Shown here: positions 1 to 8,490 of the stretch, in pieces
How positions within the stretch are numbered: position 1 is the stretch's first letter
How the letters are laid out: the number at the start of each line of letters is the position of its first letter
Assembly (NCBI GenBank): GCA_045542035.1
Contig: JAZQKG010000026.1
Coordinates: 2,363-66,362 of the forward strand
Length of the DNA stretch: 64,000 nucleotides
Reading direction: 5' to 3'
DNA from: Eubacteriales bacterium
GTDB lineage: Bacteria; Bacillota; Clostridia; Oscillospirales; CAG-272
Notes under the pieces: model-generated
Database searches by the model: none
What the model saw: the letters and a program-made list of their open reading frames with translations, nothing else
What the model was told of the DNA's origin: nothing
Translations under genes and position numbers: made by a program

Positions 1-323
1 ACCGCCACACCAGTGTGAACGTGATGCGTTTTTCCCGAAAGCATAGACAGCATTTTTACTGCGTCATCAAAATCGATAGGCTTTCCGAGAGGAACTCCGC
101 CAAGCTCCACAAGAGTATCCGAAGATATAACCAAGGCGTCGGAATCAAGCCCCTGCGATACGGCATACCCCTTTCTTATAGCAAGAAGCTCTACTCCCAC
201 CGACGGATGAACGCTATTCGGCAAGGTCTCATCCGTTTCTCCCGTTATAATTTCAAATTCCGCAAACAGTTTTCCGAGAAGCTCACGCCGCCTCGGAGAT
301 TTAGATGCAAGTACAATTCTCAT
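1..323 (-). CDS. maf: Maf-like nucleoside triphosphate pyrophosphatase (N-terminal part; gene runs off the window edge)
   Basis: Absent from the ORF track because it has no stop in the window. My minus-strand translation from the ATG at 323-321 gives MRIVLASKSPRRRELLGKLFAEFEIITGETDE...SSDTLVELGGVPLGKP. This carries the Maf N-terminal signature (ASKSPRR). The start is 13 nt after the dus stop. Confidence 0.8.
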   Translation of the reverse strand, partial: MRIVLASKSPRRRELLGKLFAEFEIITGETDETLPNSVHPSVGVELLAIRKGYAVSQGLDSDALVISSDTLVELGGVPLGKPIDFDDAVKMLSMLSGKTHHVHTGVA

Positions 324-335
324 ATTTTTTACCCT

Positions 336-1304
336 CTATTCGAGCGCGGAATACAGCGCTCTTTTAACGTCATCATAGGTTTCCGCGCGGTTTATTTCTG
401 CGCGCACGGCAGCTGCTCCGCGAAAGGATTTTATGTACATTGCCGCCTGCTTTCTCGATTCTTTGACGGCAATATTTTCTCCCTTCTCAACTATAGCCTC
501 GGATAGCTGAAGGAGCGCGGTTTCGATTCGCTCCTCAAGTGTTGGCGCGATGTAATTCTTCCCCGAAAGCGCGGCAATAATTTCAGAAAAAACAAACGGA
601 TTGCCTATTGCGCCGCGGCCAATCATTATTCCGTCCGCTCCGGTTTGAGAGAAGATGCGCAAAGCATCCTCTCCGTTTGCTATATCACCGTTTGCGATAA
701 CAGGTATATGCAAAGCGCGCTTTACATTTTTGATAATTTCCATATCAGCGCTGCCTGAATACATCTCTACACGGGTCCTGCCATGCACGGCAACAGCCAC
801 TGCTCCGCCCGCTTCTGCGGCAAGGGCGCATTCCACTGCGTTTTTAGATTTTTCATCAATTCCCGCTCGAATCTTTACGGTGCACGGAATGTCTATAGAT
901 TTTGACACACGTTCTACAATTTTATATACCAAGTCGGGATTTTTCATAAGAGCGGAGCCCTCTCCGTTGGAGTAGACCTTATGAACCGGGCATCCCATAT
1001 TTATATCTATCGCGCAAGGAGGTATTCCTCCATCTTCACCGACGGACAGTATCTCTGCTGCGCGCGACATAATATCAAGCTCTCTGCCGAATATCTGAAC
1101 GGCTACGGGTCCTTCGTCTTCTTTAACGCGGGCGAGGGCGTGCGTTTTTTTATCACAGAAGGAGACGGCTTTTGCGCTTACCATCTCGCTTACCGAATAT
1201 TCCGCTCCATGCTTATGACATACAAGCCGCATTGCCCTGTCGGTAAATCCCGCCATGGGCGCAAGCATCACGCCATATTTTAAATTTATACCTTTTATAT
1301 TCAT
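336..1304 (-). CDS. dus: tRNA-dihydrouridine synthase (Dus family)
   Basis: Dus/TIM-barrel motifs: LAPMAGFTDRAMR, DINMGCP, HGRTR. I prefer the ATG at 1304 (MNIKGINL), preceded by AAGAGGA, over the track start at 1361. Confidence 0.85.
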   Translation of the reverse strand: MNIKGINLKYGVMLAPMAGFTDRAMRLVCHKHGAEYSVSEMVSAKAVSFCDKKTHALARVKEDEGPVAVQIFGRELDIMSRAAEILSVGEDGGIPPCAIDINMGCPVHKVYSNGEGSALMKNPDLVYKIVERVSKSIDIPCTVKIRAGIDEKSKNAVECALAAEAGGAVAVAVHGRTRVEMYSGSADMEIIKNVKRALHIPVIANGDIANGEDALRIFSQTGADGIMIGRGAIGNPFVFSEIIAALSGKNYIAPTLEERIETALLQLSEAIVEKGENIAVKESRKQAAMYIKSFRGAAAVRAEINRAETYDDVKRALYSALE

Positions 1305-1588
1305 AAGTCCTCTTATTTTTTCTCTTTTCCTAATTCTATCATAAATTTGATGCAATTTCAAGTTTTTTATTGACTTTAATCACCCGGTGTGTCACAATAT
1401 AAAAAAACAAGGATAAATATTTATGGGTGATGTTCTTAGCGGAGAATTTAAAATACCGACAAGCGCGATCATCGCATTTGACTGGTCAAATGCAAATTGG
1501 GCTAAGCCAAAACCCATATTACAAGCAGAAAGAGCAAGAGTAAAAGGAGAAAATCCTTCTATTCCTGCTCTGTTCGTTTTATAGATGA

Positions 1589-1768
1589 ATGACGCTGACG
1601 CATCATAAATTGGCTTTGCGTTTTCCGGGCTTTTTGGATAAGGCACGCGCTCTCAGCTATGACGACGGCGTTAAGGAAGACACCGGGCTTGTTGAAATAA
1701 TGAGAAAGTACGGACTCAAAGGAACGTTCAACCTGAACTCCAAGAATATTGAAAATCCGAACAGCTAA
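1589..1768 (+). pseudogene. Truncated remnant of a polysaccharide deacetylase (NodB-type) gene, N-terminal 59 codons only
   Basis: My translation: MTLTHHKLALRFPGFLDKARALSYDDGVKEDTGLVEIMRKYGLKGTFNLNSKNIENPNS*. The SYDDG...KYGLKGTFNLNS block matches the N-terminus of ~250-aa deacetylases as I recall them. The ORF stops after 59 aa, 25 nt before the next gene. Confidence 0.5.
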
Positions 1769-1793
1769 ATTAACAGAACTGAGAATAAAAAAT

Positions 1794-2681
1794 TTAAACT
1801 AACACGTGTGTCCTCTCTTTAACCAAGGCATAACTCCTCGCGGTATAACTCGTTACTCCTAGAACGGTTTCTCCGTCTATCTGAAGCGCTACGGGTCTAT
1901 CAAATTCAACGAGAATTTCTTTGCCGACAAACGACTCGAATACGTCGGTATAGGACACGTGATTTCCCTTAAATATTTTTGGGAATATAGTTAGAAGCTT
2001 GATTCTCGACTTAGAATGAACAGCTACTATTGAAAGCTCTCTTTCGGCATTAAGCCTGTCCTGCGACGGAGTAATCATCATACCGCCGCCGAAATATCGT
2101 CCGTTCATCGTCGGAGCCATCCAAGTGTTCTTATATTCTCTCGTAACTCCGTCTATCGTTATTTTGGCATTAACGGTTTTAAAATCGTAGAGAAGGCCCT
2201 TAAGCGCTATTTTCGTGTAATTGGGAGCTTTACCCGTTTTCTCTCGGTATTTATCTCCCACCTCGCAGCAATATCCGTCGATTCCGTAACCGATACCGTT
2301 TATGAATTTATAAGTCTTCCCTTTCACCTCAATTACCGGAAGCTCTCTTATGTAATCGTTTATCATAACGAGTCCGTCTGAGCCTACGCCGGTAACGTCG
2401 TTTATAAAATCGTTTCCCGTTCCCGCCGCATAGCAATAAATGGGAAAGTCGTATTCCTTATCCTCAATCGAATTTACAAAATGATTAAGCGTTCCGTCTC
2501 CGCCCACGATTACGAGCTTGTCGTCCGATTCAAGCATAGAGATATAACTCTGCTTATCCTCAATAGCTACGGTATTCGAAAGCAGTATCTTCTCCCCCGG
2601 GAAGAACTCTTTCATTTTTCCTTCAAGCTTCTCCTCGCCGTAATGCGCTCCCGCAAAGCTGTTAAAAAGCACGTGAACCAT
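1794..2681 (-). CDS. Diacylglycerol/lipid kinase family protein (YegS/DagK-like)
   Basis: DAGK catalytic-domain motifs (VIVGGDGTLNHFVN, AAGTGNDF). GGAGA RBS upstream of the ATG at 2681. Confidence 0.8.
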   Translation of the reverse strand: MVHVLFNSFAGAHYGEEKLEGKMKEFFPGEKILLSNTVAIEDKQSYISMLESDDKLVIVGGDGTLNHFVNSIEDKEYDFPIYCYAAGTGNDFINDVTGVGSDGLVMINDYIRELPVIEVKGKTYKFINGIGYGIDGYCCEVGDKYREKTGKAPNYTKIALKGLLYDFKTVNAKITIDGVTREYKNTWMAPTMNGRYFGGGMMITPSQDRLNAERELSIVAVHSKSRIKLLTIFPKIFKGNHVSYTDVFESFVGKEILVEFDRPVALQIDGETVLGVTSYTARSYALVKERTHVLV

Positions 2682-2697
2682 AATAATTCTCCAAGTC

Positions 2698-3609
2698 CTA
2701 CATCAAATTGTTTTTTAAAAATTCTATTATATTCATTCCTGCTATCCTCTCGGCAACGTCGCTTGAATATTCCGAGAGAAGTCTGTTTATTACTTGATCA
2801 TGTATACTTCGTTTGGTGTCAATATCAAACGGGTATTTTCCCATAGTTCCGTCTATATCGAATCCGAAGCCAACGCATCTGTCTCCAAGATGCTCAAGAC
2901 CGTAATCTATATGTCTTATAACGTCATCGAGTCCCGCGTCCCTGCTTTCCGAGAGGAAAGGCGGATAAAGATTGATTCCGATAACGCCGCCGCGGCTCGC
3001 TATCATTTTTGCCATATCCAAGGTCAAATTCCTTTTAGATGGGCAAAGGCTTCTGAAATTTGAATGAGTAGCAATATGCGGCATTGGTGACAACTCAAAA
3101 AGCTCGTAGAATGACCTGTCCGAAAGATGCGACACGTCAAGAGTTATGCCAAGCTCGGAGCATCTAAGAGCCATTTTCCTGCCCTCGTCGGTAAGACCCG
3201 CGTCATTCTCGTCAAGCGCGCCCGTGGCAAGCTCGTTCGTGTCCCACGCCATGCCAAGAACCGAAAGCCCCGCTCCCGCAAGAGATGTAAGCTCGGGAGA
3301 GTCGGCAAAAAGACCGCCTCCGCCCTCTATCGAGAAAAGCGAAGCTATCCCGCCGCATTCAAGCGCCGCGAAAACGTCGCGCCCCTCAAGAATACGTTTT
3401 ATTCCAAGCCTTTCGCATTCGTAAAGATATACGTCGAACGCGCGGATAAGCGCGCGGCGTCTTTGCTCGGGAGCTTTCCCCGAGGCAGAGGAAAAATGGG
3501 CAACAAACTGAAGATGGGAATGCTCCGCGGAAAAATTATATGAATTTACAAGCCCGCGCTCCCCCGAAACCTCGGATAGACTGTCGCTGTGCATATCAAC
3601 TACGTACAT
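2698..3609 (-). CDS. Membrane dipeptidase (peptidase M19 family)
   Basis: N-terminal VVDMHSDS metal-binding start plus HSNFRSL and GVIGINLYPPFL motifs. I prefer the ATG at 3609 (MYVVDMHSD) over the track start at 3660. Confidence 0.75.
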   Translation of the reverse strand: MYVVDMHSDSLSEVSGERGLVNSYNFSAEHSHLQFVAHFSSASGKAPEQRRRALIRAFDVYLYECERLGIKRILEGRDVFAALECGGIASLFSIEGGGGLFADSPELTSLAGAGLSVLGMAWDTNELATGALDENDAGLTDEGRKMALRCSELGITLDVSHLSDRSFYELFELSPMPHIATHSNFRSLCPSKRNLTLDMAKMIASRGGVIGINLYPPFLSESRDAGLDDVIRHIDYGLEHLGDRCVGFGFDIDGTMGKYPFDIDTKRSIHDQVINRLLSEYSSDVAERIAGMNIIEFLKNNLM

Positions 3610-3718
3610 AAAAATCACCAATTTATATTTAAAATATACTGTCTTTTGTAAATTATACAATAATTATGTCGATTTGTCAATCTTATTTGTTAAATTTTAC
3701 CTATAATAAAATAAATAC

Positions 3719-3747
3719 TTGACAAAACGCTATTTTCCATTTATAAT
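3719..3747 (+). promoter_or_regulatory. Sigma-A type promoter for the T-box leader
   Basis: TTGACA (3719-3724), exact 17-nt spacer, TATAAT (3742-3747). Confidence 0.6.
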
Positions 3748-3759
3748 ATTTATATCGGC

Positions 3760-4025
3760 TATGATCGGAAGGAGTACTGCGCAAAGCTGCTTTCAGAGAT
3801 AGGATGGTTGGTGAGAATCCTAAGAGCTAACGCAGGAAGCAGTCCGTGAGCCTCGGAAAAAACCGCAGACGCAGCTAATTTCCGACGGAACGCATCCGTT
3901 ACAGTGCGAGGGTCTTGGTGGAGACTCGGTGAGGAGCGCTTTGTGAGGAGCGCTTGAATTACGGTGGTATCACGAATAATATATTCGTCCGTGGCATAGA
4001 AATATGCGCACGGATTTTTTGTTTT
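3760..4025 (+). promoter_or_regulatory. T-box riboswitch leader (candidate Ala specifier GCA at 3839-3841) with intrinsic terminator
   Basis: Stem I elements: AGAGA bulge (3794-3798), distal GGTTGGTGAGAATCC loop, and AGTA on the 5' side opposite GAA-GCA-G on the 3' side (S-turn plus specifier). T-box motif AATTACGGTGGTATCACG at 3957-3974. Terminator hairpin 3988-4014 followed by a T-run. Confidence 0.8.
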
Positions 4026-4075
4026 GATTTTAAATTAAAAATTAAACATATCAAACAATAGAAAGGAACAGAACA

Positions 4076-4558
4076 ATGAACGTAAAAATCCTTAAATTAC
4101 TCGAGAAAAACGCCAGAATGGAAACAAAAGACATAGCTACGGTTACAGGCCTTAGCGAAGATGAGGTAAAGAGAGAGATATCCGAGATGGAAAAGGCGGG
4201 AATAATCCGCGGCTACAAGGGAATAATCAACTGGGAAAAGCTTGAGACGGGTGCTGTCAGCGCGATAATAGAGCTTAAGGTTACCCCCAAAGCAGGCCTT
4301 GGCTTTGAGGAGGTTGCCGAAAGGATAGCGAAGTACCCCGCTGTTGAATCGGTTTCATTAATGTCAGGCGCGTGCGACCTTACCGTCGTCGTTACCGGAA
4401 AGACCTTCCAGGAGGTTTCCTTCTTCGTGGCGAAGGAGCTTGCTCTTATAGATTCGGTTACCTCTACCTCAACTCAGTTCATTATGAGAAGATACAAGGA
4501 GTTCGGAGTTGAGCTGACGAATGAAGAGGAAGACGGAAGGGGCGCAATATCCTTATGA
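4076..4558 (+). CDS. Lrp/AsnC family transcriptional regulator (AlaR-like by gene context)
   Basis: N-terminal HTH (LKLLEKNARMETKDIATVTGLSEDEVKREI) and a C-terminal RAM-like domain. ATGA overlap with the downstream aminotransferase. Confidence 0.8.
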   Translation: MNVKILKLLEKNARMETKDIATVTGLSEDEVKREISEMEKAGIIRGYKGIINWEKLETGAVSAIIELKVTPKAGLGFEEVAERIAKYPAVESVSLMSGACDLTVVVTGKTFQEVSFFVAKELALIDSVTSTSTQFIMRRYKEFGVELTNEEEDGRGAISL

Positions 4559-5727
4559 TAGATTATTCAAAGATTCTCTCCGACACCGTCGTTGAAATAA
4601 AGCCGTCGGGCATCAGAAAGTTTTTTGACATTGCGAACACAATGGAGGACGTTATCTCCCTTGGCGTTGGCGAGCCGGATTTCAGAACCCCGTGGCAGAT
4701 TCGCAGCGCCGGAATACGCTCGCTTGAGCGCGGTCAGACTAGGTACACCTCGAACAGAGGCCTCGAAGCATTTCGCGACGAGCTTTCACGCTACGTAGAA
4801 AGAAAATACGGCGTAAAATACGAGCCAACCACCGAAATTCTCGTCACCGTCGGCGGAAGCGAAGCTATTGACGCTGCTATACGCGCGATAGTGAATCCCG
4901 GAGATGAGGTTATCATTCCGCAGCCAAGCTACGTATGCTATGATCCGATAACAAGACTCGTGGGAGGCGTTCCCGTAATAATCAATACCAAAGCCGAGAA
5001 CGACTTCAAGATAACGCCTGAAGAGCTTCTTGAAAAAATCACAGAGCGCACGAAGGCGCTCGTGCTTCCCTACCCATGCAACCCCACGGGCGCGATAATG
5101 GAAAAAGCCGACCTTGAGGCAATAGCGGAAGTTTTAAAAGACAAAAATATTATAGTTATCTCAGACGAAATATACGCCGAGCTTACCTTTGGCGGCGTGA
5201 CGCACACCTCGGTAGCCTCTATTCCCGGAATGGCGGAAAGGACCCTGCTCATAAATGGATTTTCAAAGACCTTTTCTATGACGGGATGGCGCCTCGGCTA
5301 TATTTGCGGCCCTAAGGAAATCCTTAAACAGATAACGAAAATCCACCAGTTTGCGATAATGTGCGCTCCGACAACCTCTCAGCACGCGGCAATAGAAGCT
5401 CTTCGCTCCTGCGACGCTGACGTTGAAAGAATGAAAGAGGAATACGACTCAAGGCGCAAAATTATAGTTAAAGGATTTAACGACCTTGGCCTGACGTGCC
5501 GCGAGCCTAAAGGCGCGTTTTACGCCTTCCCATCTATCAAGTCGACGGGTATGACAAGTGATGAATTTTGCGAAAAGCTCCTCTACTCCAAAAAGGTTGC
5601 CATAGTGCCCGGAACGGCATTTGGTGACAGCGGTGAGGGATTTGTCAGAGCGTCCTACTGCTATTCAATAGAGCACATCAAAGAAGCGCTTTTCCGAATC
5701 GGAGAGTTTCTTAAAGAAATCGTCTAA
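4555..5727 (+). CDS. PLP-dependent class I/II aminotransferase (AlaT/AspB-like)
   Basis: SGIRKFF, GVGEPDF, NPTG, SDEIYAEL and NGFSKTFSMTGWRLGY (PLP lysine) motifs. Confidence 0.85.
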   Translation: MIDYSKILSDTVVEIKPSGIRKFFDIANTMEDVISLGVGEPDFRTPWQIRSAGIRSLERGQTRYTSNRGLEAFRDELSRYVERKYGVKYEPTTEILVTVGGSEAIDAAIRAIVNPGDEVIIPQPSYVCYDPITRLVGGVPVIINTKAENDFKITPEELLEKITERTKALVLPYPCNPTGAIMEKADLEAIAEVLKDKNIIVISDEIYAELTFGGVTHTSVASIPGMAERTLLINGFSKTFSMTGWRLGYICGPKEILKQITKIHQFAIMCAPTTSQHAAIEALRSCDADVERMKEEYDSRRKIIVKGFNDLGLTCREPKGAFYAFPSIKSTGMTSDEFCEKLLYSKKVAIVPGTAFGDSGEGFVRASYCYSIEHIKEALFRIGEFLKEIV

Positions 5728-5863
5728 AGTAATCAGAAAGACGGATAAGGAGCTTACCTCTACACCCTATCAGGTTGATATGGATATAAAGAAAACCTGC
5801 GCAGACGATATCTTCGCCGCGTAATTACAGAACATAAAAATTATGCTTATATAACGCAAATGA

Positions 5864-5885
5864 GGGCTGTCTTTAACGACAGCCC
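5864..5885. terminator. Hairpin between convergent genes
   Basis: GGGCTGTC / GACAGCCC stem flanked by A/T-rich runs, lying between the aminotransferase and the ECF S-component gene. Confidence 0.6.
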
Positions 5886-5894
5886 ATTATTATT

Positions 5895-6443
5895 TTATAA
5901 AAACTGTTTTTTTATCTTTTCGAGTTTATTTGTGAGGAAGTGGAAAAGAAGCGGGAAAAGAATTGCGTTGCAGGCAATCTGCACCGCGTAGAACACCGCG
6001 CCCCGTGCGTAATAAACCGCGAATCTATACGCGAAATTATCAAAAAATCCCGAGAGAAGTCCTATATCCACAAGCGTTGTGAGAACTCCAAACCACGCGG
6101 TGAGAATTACCGCGACAAGAGTCAGAAGCCATCTGTTCTTTACCCTTATTTTCGCAAGGAGCATAAACGCGAGAGAAACAAGCGGCCAATATAGATAATA
6201 CGACACGACCCAGGCGTTAAACCCGTAGATAAGCGGTTCTATGCTTACGAAAACTATCGCTGAGGCAAAGCCCAAGAAGCCAAATACGTATCCGTAAAGA
6301 GCGAGAAGCAGAGTTACGACCTCAATATTCGGAAGAAACGCAAGCGCAAGCTTTGCGCACTCGACGGTAGCAGCCATTATACCGACGAGCGCTATATTTC
6401 GCGCAGGACTTATTCTTAACGAATTTTGTCCTTTGTTTTTCAT
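5895..6443 (-). CDS. ECF-transporter S (substrate-capture) component, putative cobalamin-related (CbrT-like by context)
   Basis: A 182-aa polytopic membrane protein with roughly 6 hydrophobic helices. It starts 3 nt downstream of the DUF4430-like gene and sits behind a B12 riboswitch. Confidence 0.55.
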   Translation of the reverse strand: MKNKGQNSLRISPARNIALVGIMAATVECAKLALAFLPNIEVVTLLLALYGYVFGFLGFASAIVFVSIEPLIYGFNAWVVSYYLYWPLVSLAFMLLAKIRVKNRWLLTLVAVILTAWFGVLTTLVDIGLLSGFFDNFAYRFAVYYARGAVFYAVQIACNAILFPLLFHFLTNKLEKIKKQFL

Positions 6444-6446
6444 ATA

Positions 6447-6935
6447 TCAGAATTCCTCAAGACGGAAAAGAATCACCGTGCCGTTCTTTACATGCATCGA
6501 GCTGAGCCCGACACCCGTATACGTGAGAGTCATATCTCCGTATTTAACCGTCGGAACGGTCGGAGTCCACTCGGTAGGAACTGCGAAATCTTCCTTCTCT
6601 GTGGTGTAGATAGCAATATACTGATTCATAGGATTAGGGTTTAACGTGTCTATTGACGTAATATACGCGCCGTAACCGCCGCCCCACTGAACGTTATAAT
6701 AAAGGGTACTGCCCTCAAGCGAAGCGATGTATTCAAGCAGCGAAATAGCTCCTTCGTCTCTCCGCTCAAGCTTTGATAAATCTACTTCATAAACCGAGTA
6801 ATCACCCTCGGCTTTTTCAACTACGATTTTCGCGGTTCCCGTTGATGCCACGTTACCGCCTCCGCACGACACGAGCGCAAGAAGCGTCATAGCGACAACT
6901 AAGAGTATCGATAAAATTCTGTTTGCCTTTTTCAT
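6447..6935 (-). CDS. DUF4430-like surface lipoprotein (putative cobalamin-binding)
   Basis: Signal peptide plus lipobox LVSCGG. I prefer the ATG at 6935, preceded by AAAGGAGA, over the TTG at 6959. The family assignment is from recollection of DUF4430 neighbours of B12 riboswitches. Confidence 0.55.
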   Translation of the reverse strand: MKKANRILSILLVVAMTLLALVSCGGGNVASTGTAKIVVEKAEGDYSVYEVDLSKLERRDEGAISLLEYIASLEGSTLYYNVQWGGGYGAYITSIDTLNPNPMNQYIAIYTTEKEDFAVPTEWTPTVPTVKYGDMTLTYTGVGLSSMHVKNGTVILFRLEEF

Positions 6936-6969
6936 TTTAAGTTTGTCTCCTTTACCCAAGACTTTTTAT

Positions 6970-7086
6970 TTATCCGGCAGGTTACCCGACTTATAAGCAG
7001 CTGCTCTTAAATACGGTAATGGCTGTTGCGGCAGATTCACACTGCTCTTCCCCTGCTCTCTGAAGCAAAGCTTCAACTCGGATATA
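6970..7086 (-). promoter_or_regulatory. Cobalamin (B12) riboswitch
   Basis: The minus-strand RNA contains GGGGAAGAGCAGUGUGAAUCUGCCGCAACAG (core GGGAA..GUGNGAAUCNGC). It also contains the B12 box AAGUCGGGUAACCUGCCGG (plus strand 6974-6992) just upstream of the RBS. Confidence 0.7.
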
Positions 7087-7090
7087 TCAT

Positions 7091-7119
7091 ATTATACAAC
7101 TAATTCCCGCCTTTGTCAA
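7091..7119 (-). promoter_or_regulatory. Sigma-A type promoter for the riboswitch operon
   Basis: On the minus strand: TTGACA (7119-7114), 17-nt spacer, TATAAT (7096-7091). Confidence 0.6.
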
Positions 7120-7209
7120 TTGCACTTTTAAACATGAAGTTGCACTTTTCAACACAATATCCCGAGCAAAAAAGGGCAGCTCACTTGATGAACTGTCCTC
7201 TCTTTTATT

Positions 7210-7899
7210 TTAAATTTCAACAGGTTTGAAAGGCTCTAAAATCTTTGCGTCGTCGAAGTCAAAGCTTTCGGGGTCGATGCTATCGAAAAGTCCCCAATGG
7301 ATAGGAATAGCGCATTTTGCGTCGATTTCATAAGCGAAATCGGCTGCGTCCTTCGCGTTCATATTATTTCCCTTTCCGTTAATCGGAATAAACGCATAGT
7401 CAACTCCGTCCTCAACAAGCTCGAGCACCTCGTCTATAACGTCGTAGTTATAGAGCGTGTCACCGCTTACGTAATAGGTCTTTTCCCCGTCATCGAGAAT
7501 AAAGCCCGCAGCCGTGCGGTCTGAATGCTCCGCGTGAACCGCGTAAAAGGTTATTCCACGCTCGCTCCACACCGAGTGTGGATTCAGCATAACGTAGTTA
7601 TGGTCACCGCCGTACTTTACAAGCTTCATATAAGCGTTACCCGGAGCAATAAAGGTTATAGACTTTTTCGCCTTGGTAATCAGCGCCTCAACCGTTTCGG
7701 GATCAAGGTGGTCAAGATGATCGTGGGTTATAAGCACGACGTCTGGCTCACAGTCAAGATATGAAAGCTCCGCGGGAATTCTCCGCGTTTTCTTCGGGTC
7801 AAGCTTTCCTACCGAATCCGAAAAATAGGGGTCAACCATAATTTTGATATTTCCGTTTTCAAAAAGAAGCCCCGCCTGTGTTAACCATGTAATTTTCAT
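7210..7899 (-). CDS. MBL-fold metallo-hydrolase
   Basis: ITHDHLDHLD (HxHxDH) motif. I prefer the ATG at 7899 (MKITWLTQAG) with a GGAGG RBS over the track start at 7980. Confidence 0.8.
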   Translation of the reverse strand: MKITWLTQAGLLFENGNIKIMVDPYFSDSVGKLDPKKTRRIPAELSYLDCEPDVVLITHDHLDHLDPETVEALITKAKKSITFIAPGNAYMKLVKYGGDHNYVMLNPHSVWSERGITFYAVHAEHSDRTAAGFILDDGEKTYYVSGDTLYNYDVIDEVLELVEDGVDYAFIPINGKGNNMNAKDAADFAYEIDAKCAIPIHWGLFDSIDPESFDFDDAKILEPFKPVEI

Positions 7900-7918
7900 A
7901 AATATTCCTCCGTCAGAA

Positions 7919-8401
7919 TCATATAAGTATAATAATACCGAGAACACCGCACACAATTCCGATAAGCGCCCCCGACGCAACGTCTCTTATAAAATGCATA
8001 CCGAGCAAAACGCGTGATACCGCAAGAGTGATTCCCATAGCCAGAGCCATAGCCATAAGCCACGGTGATATAAGACATGCCAAAACGGCAATTATAAACG
8101 CAGAAAAAACATGCCTTGACGGGAATGACTGCCCTGCCTTTCCCTTTGGCTTCACCTCGTAAAATCCGTAAAGCTCATACGGGCGCGGAGCGTTAATCAG
8201 CTTACGCACAACGCTTACGAATACAAACGGAATGCCTGCGGCAAAAATCGCCTTTATACACTGCTTCGGCGCATCGATATACAAAAACACGAGCGTCGAT
8301 ATGAAAATAGCAACGCATATCAATGCGGATACGTGTGAAATTATTTTTAGTGCCAAGCTCATTTTCCTTGATGAATAAACGCGTTTGAGCAGTTTCTCCA
8401 T
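7919..8401 (-). CDS. PAP2-family phosphatase (membrane)
   Basis: PAP2 motifs PSRHV and SRVLLGMHFIRDV. I prefer the ATG at 8401 (MEKLLKRVY) with a GGAGGG RBS. Confidence 0.8.
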   Translation of the reverse strand: MEKLLKRVYSSRKMSLALKIISHVSALICVAIFISTLVFLYIDAPKQCIKAIFAAGIPFVFVSVVRKLINAPRPYELYGFYEVKPKGKAGQSFPSRHVFSAFIIAVLACLISPWLMAMALAMGITLAVSRVLLGMHFIRDVASGALIGIVCGVLGIIILI

Positions 8402-8490
8402 AAGCTGCGCCCTCCAATAAATCGGTATAATAAGTATAGCATATAATTTAAAATAAATCAAGACGTAAACGAAATACTTAAATATACTTT

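Noticed and set aside
1392-1646. 84-aa minus-strand ORF
   Set aside because: It has no RBS and no recognisable family. It overlaps the plus-strand remnant ORFs in a region that looks like a gene-decay scar.
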